Below are positions 31,671 to 41,685 of a stretch of 64,000 bases of DNA, one piece after another. Location of the stretch: contig OZ219786.1 in the NCBI GenBank assembly GCA_964291285.2, positions 352,001-416,000 on the forward strand, given 5' to 3'. The translations under genes and the position numbers were made by a program. This DNA is from Alphaproteobacteria bacterium (GTDB lineage Bacteria > Pseudomonadota > Alphaproteobacteria > Bin95). How positions within the stretch are numbered: the first letter of the stretch is position 1; every line of letters begins with the position of its first letter. The notes under the pieces were generated by a model. The model had not been told where the DNA came from and did not search any database. It worked only from the letters and a program-made list of their open reading frames with translations.

Positions 31671-31827
31671 GGTTTCTTTCGCTGCCCCGGGCGGGTCCGG
31701 AGCGTTTGATGATCGGGCCGGGGGCAATTTTCGCGCCGATCCGGTGCTCATCGGGACTGCCCGGGCGCGCGTTTTCCTCCGGTGGGGTGCCGGTCGGGTT
31801 TTTCGGTGGGGCTCCTGGGCGCGGGGC

Positions 31828-33129
31828 TCAGGCGGTCGAGGGCGTTGGCGGCGGCATGGCGAGGCCCATGCGCCGGCGTGCCGCCATCGGATGCGCGCCG
31901 GCGTTGCCGAGCACGAGGGTGATCCGGCGGCCATGGTGGACGACCCGGGCGACGAGGTGGATCCACATCGCGCGCAGACGCTTCATCCGCGTCCATTGCC
32001 ATTCCTGCCCGCAGGCGGCGCGGCGCAGCAGCGCCAGCACATTCATCGCCAGGGCCGCGAGCCACAGCCAGGCGGCATTCGCGCCGAACCGCCCCGACGG
32101 CATCATCCCGGCTGCGAGGTCGGACTTGAGCACCGCATGCACCTCCTCGCCGTGGCCGCAGCGGGCATGGGCCGCGGCGACCGCCTCGAAGCTGTCCATC
32201 ACCTCCAGCCCGTTCGCCTTCTCTGCCCGGATGGCTTCGGGGGCGGGGAAGTTGGTGACACAGGCCCCGATCCTGTAGGCGGGCCTGCCCCGGGCCGCCG
32301 GCAACTCCCCTTCGTCCAGGCCCAGCTCGCCCGGAAGAGCGCGCCGGGTCACGACATGGCGGACCACGTGATGCGGCTTCATCGCCAGGGTGCTTGCCGG
32401 GACATAAGGCAGTTCGGCGCATTCCAGCGGCGCCCTGTCCGGCGCCGCGCGCCTGTTGCGTCCGCTCACCGGCATCGGGCGCCAGGCGTCTTCCCCGAGA
32501 CGCGCCACCTCCGCCATCAGCGGCTCCGGGCGCACCGCGCCGCAGACCAACCCCACCGTGCCGAACCGACGCGTCTCCTCCCTGCGGAACGCCGGGTCGT
32601 TGCAGGCGCGGATCACCTCCTCCTGACAAGCGGCCGCGTCGCTGCGCAGCACTACACGACCTATGTCGTCGGGAAGCTGCAACAGCGCCTCTTCAAGCCC
32701 GCGCCGGTTGTCGAGCCTCGCCGGCACATTGCCATCGCGCATCTCAAGCCACGGGACCATGCCGAGCTCCGGGCAGAACGCGATCAGCGGCTGGTAGCCC
32801 CGCTCGCCCCGAACCACCCTCTCCGCAGCCCGGTAGGTGTACAGGCACTCACGCTTGCCGGACGCGATGATCGTCGCGTCGAGGTCGATCGTCACCGAGC
32901 CCGCGCCCGCCTCCCGCACCCCTGCCGCAACAAGGCGACGGGTAACCTCGCGAAGCAGGCCGTCCCTCTCGCCCGGCGCCGGGATCAACGCCGTCCCCTT
33001 CTTGCGCTCGGCGTCATGAACCCCCGCAACATGAAAACGGTCCAGCCAGTCACGGATCGAGCGCGCTGTCGAAGCTGCCCCGCCTCGCTCGACTGTAACC
33101 CTGACCGCAGAGCGATAACCCCTCACCAT
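31828..33129 (-). CDS. IS1380-family transposase (possibly internally deleted near the N-terminus)
   Basis: TIDLDATII, GYQPL, MRDGNVPA, LRSDAA and EEVHAVLKSDLAAGMMPSGRFGANAAW. Confidence 0.85.
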   Translation of the reverse strand: MVRGYRSAVRVTVERGGAASTARSIRDWLDRFHVAGVHDAERKKGTALIPAPGERDGLLREVTRRLVAAGVREAGAGSVTIDLDATIIASGKRECLYTYRAAERVVRGERGYQPLIAFCPELGMVPWLEMRDGNVPARLDNRRGLEEALLQLPDDIGRVVLRSDAAACQEEVIRACNDPAFRREETRRFGTVGLVCGAVRPEPLMAEVARLGEDAWRPMPVSGRNRRAAPDRAPLECAELPYVPASTLAMKPHHVVRHVVTRRALPGELGLDEGELPAARGRPAYRIGACVTNFPAPEAIRAEKANGLEVMDSFEAVAAAHARCGHGEEVHAVLKSDLAAGMMPSGRFGANAAWLWLAALAMNVLALLRRAACGQEWQWTRMKRLRAMWIHLVARVVHHGRRITLVLGNAGAHPMAARRRMGLAMPPPTPSTA

Positions 33130-33325
33130 TCCTTCACCCGCTCGGTGAAAACCGGATGCACAACACGGTTGCGCTCAGATCAGTCTGCACAAGCGATCAG
33201 AACACTTGCCACCCCACCAAAGCCCGCCGATCAGGGTCTTTCCTTTCGGCCCTTCCCCAACCGCAGCACTCTTGGTAGGCTAATCCTCCTCTTAGCCGGG
33301 TGCTCTCTATTGTTTCCACATGAGG

Positions 33326-33472
33326 CCACTCTATGCCGGGTGCTTAGCCAGGCTGAACGGAATTGCGCGACATCGGGCGCCGACTTGGACGATCCAAGGC
33401 GGCCCCGGCTTCGCTCGGCGCCGCCTTGGATCGTCCAAGTCGGCTTCTCCAGGTAAGAGGCATAGAAAGTGG
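33326..33472 (+). ncRNA. Retron msr-msd ncRNA
   Basis: a2 CCACTCTATGCC (33326-33337) followed by G; a1 GGCATAGA-AA-GTGG (33459-33472). Perfect 25-bp msd stem 33379-33403 / 33420-33444. Lies directly upstream of the effector and RT. Confidence 0.85.
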
Positions 33473-34371
33473 ACCATCCGCTCCGGAGCAGCACGCAGAC
33501 CCCGTTGCGCAAGCGGCTGGTCCACTTTCTTAAAACCGCCCTAGCAGTCGAACGCAGTAGCAACATTGTTTTTCTCTGCGGTGGTAACGAATCTACTCAC
33601 ATGCGCACTTGCTTTAGGGCCTATTGCGAACAAAATCTACCGGACTATGAAATATTCCTTCCAGAAGCGGCCATGGCGTTTGTTTTCTCCGATGAATTAG
33701 CCGAGCCCTTTGATCTCGCAGATTTCGAGAAGCTTGTCGGTGATATTTCGTACGCCATTGTAGTTTTTCCAGAGGCACCGGGATCGTACGCTGAAACAGG
33801 TTATTTTTCGGCTACGCCAACATTATCTCAAAAGTGCATACTAGTAATGGATTATAATAGACAGCACCACGACAGTTTCATTTCACTTGGCCCAGCTAAA
33901 AAAATATCCGAGACCTCTAAATTCCACCCCAACATCAATCTTAACTATTCAGAACCAAACTTTGACACCATTATTGACAGAATCACTTCCAGACGAAAAC
34001 ACAAGTACAAAAAAACGCTATCAGTTGAGAAGTATGCGGAACTTTCTGCTTATGAACTTGCGGCTTTACTACATACCCTTGTTCGGCTTTGCAAAATTGC
34101 CACCACTGATGATATACAATTCTTCTTTCGTGCCATTTTCGGCAACAGGTACTCCTCACCAAGCGTGCGAAAGTTAATTCCAATTCTGGCCGGTGCTGAT
34201 TACTTGAACACTGCAGGAAGTTACGGACATTTCGTGAGTAATAAAACCAAACCACCTTTGGCTACAACTAGGAGTGGGTGTAAGGAACTAGAAGATGCAC
34301 TTCGCCTAGAAATTGCTACTGCATTTCAAGACGGAGAACCGGAGTTTTTGCGGCTACTAGAGGAGACTTAG
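33469..34371 (+). CDS. Retron effector, NDT/N-glycosidase-like domain plus C-terminal putative wHTH (St85/Ec73/Ec86-type)
   Basis: IVFLCGG, IFLPE, DLADFE, VVFPEAPGSYAETGYF and SFISLGP motifs; low GC; ends 1 bp before the RT start. Confidence 0.85.
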   Translation: MDHPLRSSTQTPLRKRLVHFLKTALAVERSSNIVFLCGGNESTHMRTCFRAYCEQNLPDYEIFLPEAAMAFVFSDELAEPFDLADFEKLVGDISYAIVVFPEAPGSYAETGYFSATPTLSQKCILVMDYNRQHHDSFISLGPAKKISETSKFHPNINLNYSEPNFDTIIDRITSRRKHKYKKTLSVEKYAELSAYELAALLHTLVRLCKIATTDDIQFFFRAIFGNRYSSPSVRKLIPILAGADYLNTAGSYGHFVSNKTKPPLATTRSGCKELEDALRLEIATAFQDGEPEFLRLLEET

Positions 34372-34372
34372 A

Positions 34373-35290
34373 ATGTTAATTGAAAAGTTGGCAAGTCTAT
34401 CCGGGGTTACCGATTCGAAATTACGCTATCTGGCAAAGACAGCATCCAATCGATACAAAATTTACTACATACCGAAGCGCAGCGGCGGGCATCGACAAAT
34501 TGCCCATCCAAGCAGAGCGTTGAAAGCGGTGCAAAGATGGATCTCAAGGACGCTCATTAGCGAGTTTCCTGTTCATGATTGCGCGACCGCATACAAGAAG
34601 GGGGCAAGCATCAGATTAAACGCGTTAATGCATGCACAAACCAATTTCACATTGAGTATGGATTTTGTTGATTTCTTTCCATCATTTTCGTATGAAAATA
34701 TTTTAGATTTTGTTGGAGAAAAGAACTCAATGATGAGCATAGGTCTATCGGAGGTAGACATGGAGTTTATTGCAGCAATTCTTACACGAAACGGAGCCGC
34801 CACTATTGGTGCTCCCTCGTCGCCAGCAATCACGAACGCTATAATGTATGAATTCGACAAACATGTATGTGGCATCGCCAATGAAGGTGGATTCATATAC
34901 TCAAGGTACGCGGACGATATATTCGTTTCCACACGTTCTCCGAATTCCTTGGATCTCGTGAGCCAACAAATTGCAGAAGCAAGCGCGAGAATGCCATATG
35001 CAAATTTGGTTATCAATCACGATAAGACGAGATACCTCTCCAGACGGTACCGTAGATCGATTACCGGACTAGTAATCACTCCGGACGGACATATTTCGAT
35101 AGGCCGCCAGCGAAAACGTGAAATTAGGTCAATGGTTCACCTTTATACTTTGAACAAGTTGGAAAGAGAGAAAATTCAACGACTTCGAGGTCTGGTTGCG
35201 TTTGTGAAGGGCGTGGACTTAGCATTTCATGGTGCGTTGCGCAGGAAGTATGGTGACGACGCGATTGAACGATTACTTCGGAGAGAATAG
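34373..35290 (+). CDS. Retron reverse transcriptase
   Basis: IPKRSGGHRQI, retron region X NALMH, DFVDFFPS, GAPSSPAITN, YSRYADD and region Y ITGL. Confidence 0.95.
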   Translation: MLIEKLASLSGVTDSKLRYLAKTASNRYKIYYIPKRSGGHRQIAHPSRALKAVQRWISRTLISEFPVHDCATAYKKGASIRLNALMHAQTNFTLSMDFVDFFPSFSYENILDFVGEKNSMMSIGLSEVDMEFIAAILTRNGAATIGAPSSPAITNAIMYEFDKHVCGIANEGGFIYSRYADDIFVSTRSPNSLDLVSQQIAEASARMPYANLVINHDKTRYLSRRYRRSITGLVITPDGHISIGRQRKREIRSMVHLYTLNKLEREKIQRLRGLVAFVKGVDLAFHGALRRKYGDDAIERLLRRE

Positions 35291-35717
35291 ACACCCGCAG
35301 TCGAGGCGTCAGTGCGGCGCGCCTTCTCGGAGGACCTCGCAGCCGTAGCGTGTTGGCCTAAGCCGGACTGACTGCTGCAATCCCAAGCCAGACCTCGATT
35401 CTAGCATCCGCCCGGAGAAATTGGTGGCATCGCCAGTGTTACCGCCGAAAGGGCGTAATTTCACCGTGCTGTCCCTTACTGGCTTCGCATGTCTCCAGAT
35501 GCCGGCCCAACCCCCTCATGCCGTATTTCTTCCGGTTCTGTCACGCCGGGGAGGGTGGAGAGCGCTCAGGGAGGTTAAGTCGGCCTGCTGCTTGCATTCC
35601 TCCCTGCGCCGTGTGGACAAGCCGGGGAAAGCACCCGTCATCGTGTCGCAAGCGCGCGGATTCAACATCGAGCCGCTCTCTGTCTGGCGCCGTCCTGTAT
35701 CCACCTGGGGCGGTGGA

Positions 35718-36002
35718 TCATGAGACTCCGCCGCCCACGGCCTTCCTGAGCGTCGCACCCGGCTTGAAGACGGGCACAGTGGAGGCGGCGATGGAGATAG
35801 GCTCGCCCGTGCGGGGGTTGCGCGCGGTGCGCGCGGGACGCTTCCTGGTTCCGAAGGTGCCGAAGCCCAGGATTCGCATGTCCTCACCATTCGCCATGGC
35901 TTCGCCGATCACCTCGAACATGCCGTCCACCGCATGCTTTGCAGCGGCTTTCGTCATTCCCGTCCGGTTCGCGAGGCGCTCACCCAGTTCCGACTTGTTC
36001 AT
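35718..36002 (-). CDS. HU-family DNA-binding protein
   Basis: MNKSEL...GFGTF...RTARNPRTGEPI...PVFKPG. Confidence 0.92.
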   Translation of the reverse strand: MNKSELGERLANRTGMTKAAAKHAVDGMFEVIGEAMANGEDMRILGFGTFGTRKRPARTARNPRTGEPISIAASTVPVFKPGATLRKAVGGGVS

Positions 36003-36047
36003 CCCTGCGCTCCCATGCCTGTCATCACCGGCCCGCTGTCCGCCTGA

Positions 36048-38206
36048 TACCAACCGCAAGTCATATAGACCGATGCATTGGGTCGTGGGGATCATCACGA
36101 TGGTGCGACGGCCCAGCTTCGCCGGGTTGTTTTGGTGATGATGTCGGGTTGCTCGATGAGCCATTGCCATGCCGTCCGGCAGGCTTCTCTCAGAGCCTGA
36201 CCCAAAAAGAGTTGAGCGGTTTCAAGGGATTGTGATTCAGTTCGGTTATGCATCTGAACGGAGCCACGAATGCCCTGGACCGAAACCGCTCGCCGGGAGT
36301 ATCGGCGGGACTGCCCACGATATGCAAGCGATCTGACCGACGCTGAGTGGTCTCTGATCGAGCCCTTCATGCCGTTGCCCTGCCGTATCGGTCGCCCGCG
36401 CCAGACCGATCTGCGCGAGGTCGTAAATGCGGTGCTGTATATGGCCACGACCGGTTGTCAGTGGCGCCAGCTGCCGAAGGACTTTCCGCCGGTCTCGACG
36501 GTGCAGCGCTATTTCTACGAGTGGCGCGACAACAGGCTGTGGCAGACGATCCGGTTCCACCTGGCCGTGCAGGCGCGCGAACGCGAGGGGCGCGAGGCCC
36601 AGCCGAGCGCGGGCGTGATCGACAGCCAGACGGTGAAAACCACGGAGGCAGGCGGGGTTAGCGGCTATGACGCCGGCAAGAAGGTCAAAGGGCGCAAGCG
36701 CCACGCTGTCGTCGACACCATCGGCATGCTCTTCGGCCTCGTCGTACATGCCGCCGACGTTCAGGACCGCGACGGCGCCCCGGCCGTGCTGAAATCCATC
36801 CGCCACGCCTGCCCCTGGCTGCGTCATCTGTTCGCCGATGGCGGATATGCCGGGCCGAAACTGCGCGGCGCCCTCGACAGGATCGGCAAGTGGACGCTCG
36901 AAATCGTCAAACGCTCCGACACCGCCAACGGCTTCGAAGTCCTCCCCGGACGATGGGTCGTCGAACGCACCTTCGCATGGCTCGGGCGCTGCCGCAGGCT
37001 GGCAAAAGACTGGGAAAAATCCATCGCCTCAAGCGAAGCATGGATCAACATCGCCCATATCCGGCTCACAACACGCCGACTCGCAAGGCCTTGAAAAACT
37101 TCAGCGAGTTTCGAGTCAGGCTCTCAGGGCGGCGACATCCGTGAACACACGGTTGGCGAAGCGGTTCGATTTCAGGACCAGTATGATCTGCTCCATGGGA
37201 TTGAGTTCCGGACTGTATGGCGGCAGATGCAGGAGCGTCAGATTGGGGGGGACGAGAAGGTCGCCCGAGCGATGCCAGCCTGCCCCGTCCAGTATGACCA
37301 CGCCGTGCGCACCCGGCGCCACGGCCGCGCCGATCGCCGCCAGATGCTCGTTCATCGCCGCCGTGTTCGCCCTGTCCGCCACATGGGCGATGCCGACGCC
37401 GCGCTGTGCGCAGGTGGCGCCGAACAGATAGACATAGCCATAGCGATGGTCGCGCACGATGCGCGGACGTTGCCTCCCGCGCGCCCAGACGCGCGTCGTC
37501 ATCCCTTTCTGGCCGATGCGCGCCTCGTCCTGGAACCAGATTTCGATCGGGCCCGCCAGCGCCTCGGAACTGAGCATCGACGTCACCCTTGCCTCGAAGT
37601 CCGCCACGAACGCCCCCTGCCGCTCCGCGTCGGCCCTGGGGTGGACCGGCCGTCCCGAGACAAAACGAAACCCGGCCCTTCGGAGCATCATACGGGCGCC
37701 GCTCTCCGTATAAATGACCCCGAAGGCCTCCTCGATTTTCCGTATGATGTCCTGAACCCGCCAGCGCGTGACACCGTCCCGCTCAAGATCGGGACCCGCC
37801 TCGACCCACAACCCGATCTCGGCAATCCGAGCCTCCGTCAACCGACCATCGCTGCCCCCGCGAGGACGATCCGCAAGCCCCTCGAACCCCTCCGCATTGT
37901 AGCGCAGCACCCAGTCGCGCAGAACTTGAAGCTCCATGCCCTGCGCCCGCGCCGCCTCCGTGCGCGACGCCCCATCCATGATCATCGCGATCGCACGCGC
38001 CCGACAGGCTTGCTTCGCCTCACCGCAGCGCTTCGCCAGATCATGGAGATCGTCCGATCCATGCTCCGTCCAGGTTATCGGCGTCGCCGCACCCATCATC
38101 ATCCTCCAACCCCAAGACTGCCTGACATCACTCTATCCACCTTGTCCGGCACCTCACCTCAACACAACATGTTGGAACAATGAGTCAATTCGAACCGCGC
38201 TTGGTA
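36048..38206 (-). mobile_element. IS630-family element interrupted by an IS5 copy
   Basis: Ends TACCAACCGC (36048) and GCGCTTGGTA (38206). The transposase from 38102 (WFQDEARIG, LDGAGWH, LPPYSPELNPME) resumes beyond the IS5 as REACRTAWQWLIEQPDII...APS, stopping at 36095. Confidence 0.85.
36193..37123 (+). mobile_element. IS5 family (IS1031-like) element; transposase 36270-37094
   Basis: TIRs GAGCCTGAC / GTCAGGCTC, TCA target duplication; YASDLTDAEW, IDSQTVKT, GYDAGKKVKGRKRH and WVVERTFAW. Confidence 0.95.
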
Positions 38207-38333
38207 TGAGTAGCATGTTGCGCCATTCCGCGCGATATGCCCTGCCTTGGGACTGTAGCGCTTCCGCGCATGGGCGGCACGTCCGGGAACGGCGTGTTAC
38301 GGTCGCGACGATGTGTTGTCGTTGGGGGGAGCG

Positions 38334-38759
38334 ATGCCGGACGACAGGGAACTCCGGGAAAAACTCGCCAAGGTGGAAGCGCTGTTCCGGCGGGCCGGCA
38401 GTCCGGGGGAGCAGGCCGCCGCCGGGGCCGCGATTGACCGGCTGCGCGGCCGGCTCGGCGCCCCCGGCCGTGACGGCGGGCCGGAGACCGAACTCAGGTT
38501 CTCGCTGCCGGACGCCTGGTCGGTCCGGCTGTTCGTCGCCGTCTGCCGCAAGCACGGCCTGCGCCCCTTCCGTTATGCACGGCAGAGGCGGACAACGGTC
38601 ATGGTGCGCGCCCGCGAGCGGCATTTCGACCGCGTGGTGTGGGCGGAATTCGGCCGGCTTCACACCGAACTGCAACTCTACTTCCAGGACGTTACCGACC
38701 ATCTGATTACCCGCGCCATGGGCTCGGACGGCGACGACAGCAACATCGGGCAGCGGTAG
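38334..38759 (+). CDS. Hypothetical protein
   Basis: GGGAG RBS; 141 aa globular-looking ORF (LAKVEALF...FVAVCRKHGLRPFRYARQRRTTVMVR). Confidence 0.7.
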   Translation: MPDDRELREKLAKVEALFRRAGSPGEQAAAGAAIDRLRGRLGAPGRDGGPETELRFSLPDAWSVRLFVAVCRKHGLRPFRYARQRRTTVMVRARERHFDRVVWAEFGRLHTELQLYFQDVTDHLITRAMGSDGDDSNIGQR

Positions 38760-38773
38760 CTGGCGAAGCCGGC

Positions 38774-39031
38774 CTACGCGGCTTCCACGATCACCCGGCC
38801 GCGTCCCCGGCGGACGATGTAACCGCCCCGGCGTATCGAGAGCTTGCCGTCCTGGACCAGGCTCCACAATACATCCGAGATCGTCCCGGCATTCTCGTCG
38901 ACCTCCGGCGCCTCGGCCGCTTGGTCAAGCCACTTTGCGAACGCTTCGTCGGCAATCGCGGGGCCCAGGGATTTCCGAAGCGCATTGAGTTTCCGGAGCT
39001 GGCCTTTCGTCAGGGCGGATTCATCGATCAT
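38774..39031 (-). CDS. Small hypothetical protein
   Basis: 85 aa, MIDESALTKGQLRKLNALRKSLG... Confidence 0.6.
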   Translation of the reverse strand: MIDESALTKGQLRKLNALRKSLGPAIADEAFAKWLDQAAEAPEVDENAGTISDVLWSLVQDGKLSIRRGGYIVRRGRGRVIVEAA

Positions 39032-39159
39032 GGAGGCACTCTTTCTTCATCGGCTTACACCAGACAGGCCGACAATAGCCGCGATTCGTACAAGTTGTAA
39101 CTCCCTCGCCCATTGCCTCTCAAATTCCATTGTTGCGCCGTTCCTGCAAATTCCGACCG

Positions 39160-39453
39160 TCACTCGTGTTGGCGGTCCGGTTTCGCGATCACCATGTGAA
39201 GCACGTTCAGAATTGTCGCCTGCTTATCGGCCGGAAAGGCCTGGAAAAGCGCTACCAGTTCACGCTCGCTGTCGTCCTTGAGGTCATGCACCCGGTGCTG
39301 AAGCTCCAAGCCTGGAAATCCGAGGGAGCGCATGAGCCGGTCGTTTTGCTCCGGAGATAAGGAGCGCGGGCCCTTCATCTCACCGCTGCCATTTCGACCG
39401 AGCCATCCGTCAATCAAGCCGAGCTTCTCAAGCCGCCGAATGTTTGTCGCAGA
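39160..39453 (-). pseudogene. C-terminal gene fragment truncated by the ISKra4-like end
   Basis: The open frame runs up to the IS end at 39454 with no convincing start. Confidence 0.4.
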
Positions 39454-39696
39454 GGGCGTGAATCTCGTATGGCGATGATGGCGCTGGGCTGAGGGTCAGG
39501 GTTCATGCGGCGCGGCTTTGTTGGTTTCCGGTGCGGTTGTTTTCGTTTGCGGGGGTATCGTCATCGCTCATGAGGGCATTCCATGCGCGGTCGAAGCGTC
39601 CGGATTTGATGAGGGCGCGGACGGTGAGGACGGCCTGGCCGCCGGCGATGCGCCATCGCATGCCGGAGCGCTTCATCCTCTGTGTAGCAAAAGCGT
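39454..39696 (-). mobile_element. ISKra4-like transposase 3' remnant with right end (copy 2)
   Basis: QRMKRSGMRWRIAGGQAVLTVRALIKSGRFDRAW is an ISKra4-type C-terminus; end GGGCGTGAATCTC. Confidence 0.7.
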
Positions 39697-39898
39697 CCAT
39701 TGCCGGGCTGGTCGGCCACCCCGTATCATGAAAACAGGTGCCGGCCGCGCGGGCGGGACTTCGGGCTTTTACGGGGTTGCCTACCGGTCACGGTCCGCAA
39801 GACGGGCGCCGCAGATGGCGAGTATCGGACGCCTCGGGAGCAGTGCTTTGGCGGGGCGGGGTTTTTGTGCGCCCGATCCCCAACAATTTTCACGGCAA
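39696..39898. repeat. Inverted copy of the ~200-bp element at 31184-31386
   Basis: TCCATTGCCGGG...ATTTTCACGGCAA. Confidence 0.85.
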
Positions 39899-40206
39899 AG
39901 CAAAGAAGGATTTTGCAGTTGCCATTCCTGACATGAAGTTCGATGGACTCCCGTTTCTATGGCGAAAATAGAACAGGTTATGATGCCTGTCAAGCATGAG
40001 AAATTTGCGCTGTGGGGTTTTTCCGGTCGGATGGGACGTTGGGTCCGGGTGTTGATGTTGTTTGTTCCGGCGTTCGAGGCGGTCGCTGCGGTTGATTTTC
40101 GAGCTTGAGCGGCCCAGCCCGGTAGCATCGCCGGCCCTCGGTCGCGGGTGTCCGTATGCCGGGGTCCGGCGGGTTGGGTCAGCGTTGTCGGCAGTCGGCT
40201 GAGGGG

Positions 40207-41685
40207 TTAGCCGGTATCGAGGTATGGCACCGGGCCGACCAGGGAGCGCATGCGTGCGACGCGTCCGGCGCGGGCCTGTGCAAGCGCCATGGCCATCATG
40301 ACCGCCAGGGCCAGCCCGATGCGGGTCTTCATCTTCGCGCGTCCGCGGATGTAGTGGGTCTCGAAGTTGAAGCTGCGGTCGAGGCGGGCGTTGATCCGCT
40401 CCATGGCGGTGCGCCGGTTGTATCCGCGCCGCCACGACGGGCTGCCCCAGGGCGTGGGCGTGAAGATACGCCGGTCATGGCTGTCGAGGTCGACGCGCAG
40501 GATGCGGCCGTATTCGCCGGACTTCACCCCACCCGCCCGATGGCAGGCCCGGCGTCCCTTGCACTCGAAGCCGAAGGCGGCTGCGGGGCAGCGGTATTTG
40601 AGCGTGCCGCAGACGCCGCGCCCGGCCTCGAACCCCTGGAAGGCCATGGCGCGGACCTTGCCGGTCTGCGGGCACACGCAGGACACCCGGCCGCGTTCGT
40701 CATGAACGATGACGTCGGCGCGCCCGGGGAACAGCGGTCGCGTGATCGGCCGGGCCGGGTCATGGCCCGGCTCCTTCTTCTCGACCCGCCACATCAGGCG
40801 CGTGTCGATCAGCGGGCGGATATGCCACCTGTCCCACAACCGCGCCTTCAGGCGGGCGTTGTCGAGACCGCGGTCGGCGCTGAAATCGGCGCAGCGACCG
40901 GCCATCTCCGGCGCCCCGGCGAACAACTCCTCCAGCATCCCGGACAGCGCCCCGGGTTCCGATGCCGACGCCCGCGTCACCTCGAAGGCCACAGGAACCT
41001 CGTAGTCCGTGTCGGCGATCAGGTGAAGCCCGTAGCCGAACCACGACTTCACCTTCTTCCACACCGCGCCGGTCTTCGCGTTCACCCCGCCCGTCTCGTG
41101 CCTGCCCCAGTCCGCATCGGGGTCCGAGGTCTGCCCCCTGGCCCCGGCAACCCGGCCCGTCGAGTGGCTCGCCACCGCCTTGCCGTCATACCCGAGATGG
41201 CGACCGAAGTCCGGCAACTCCTCGAACAGCGAGGCGCGCAGACGCCCGATCATCCCCGACACAAGGCCGCGCTCGTCCTCAAGGCGCACCACGCGCCCCA
41301 GGAACCGCGAGAAGTTCCAGGCGCCCGGCACCGTCGAGCGCAACGGCGCCGGACGCCTCACCACCCGCCCCGCGCAAAGCGCCACCACCGGCGCACCCTG
41401 CAAGGGCAGCGCCTCGAAACCGCAAATCTCCAGAAGCGCCGGGTTGCGGCCCAGCTCCCGCAGAAGCGACTGCATCGAGGCATGCTGGAACACGATCCCC
41501 GCGATCAGAGCCCGCCACATCGCCCGCACCGGGTAGTCGTTGCGACCCCGGCCTCGACCCGCCTCAAGCGCCGCCACAACCTCCTCGTCGGGAAGCGTGT
41601 CGAGCACCACACGCAGACGCTCAAGGTCCGCAAGGCCTTCCACAGACCACCACGAAAAGGCTACCTGCTTATTCTCAAGGATCAT
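40207..41685 (-). CDS. DDE transposase (IS1182/IS5-like) whose native N-terminus was displaced by IS1595
   Basis: GRGRNDYPVRAM, YDGK, DPDADWG, WFGYGLH, ADRGLD and RTAMERINARL. The native start MATAEKLAF lies at 42717-42691. Confidence 0.8.
   Translation of the reverse strand: MILENKQVAFSWWSVEGLADLERLRVVLDTLPDEEVVAALEAGRGRGRNDYPVRAMWRALIAGIVFQHASMQSLLRELGRNPALLEICGFEALPLQGAPVVALCAGRVVRRPAPLRSTVPGAWNFSRFLGRVVRLEDERGLVSGMIGRLRASLFEELPDFGRHLGYDGKAVASHSTGRVAGARGQTSDPDADWGRHETGGVNAKTGAVWKKVKSWFGYGLHLIADTDYEVPVAFEVTRASASEPGALSGMLEELFAGAPEMAGRCADFSADRGLDNARLKARLWDRWHIRPLIDTRLMWRVEKKEPGHDPARPITRPLFPGRADVIVHDERGRVSCVCPQTGKVRAMAFQGFEAGRGVCGTLKYRCPAAAFGFECKGRRACHRAGGVKSGEYGRILRVDLDSHDRRIFTPTPWGSPSWRRGYNRRTAMERINARLDRSFNFETHYIRGRAKMKTRIGLALAVMMAMALAQARAGRVARMRSLVGPVPYLDTG

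Noticed and set aside
33469-35290. RT as part of a DGR, group II intron or CRISPR-RT
   Set aside because: No TR/VR pair, maturase domain or cas genes were seen; NAxxH/ITG motifs, the msd hairpin and the effector indicate a retron.
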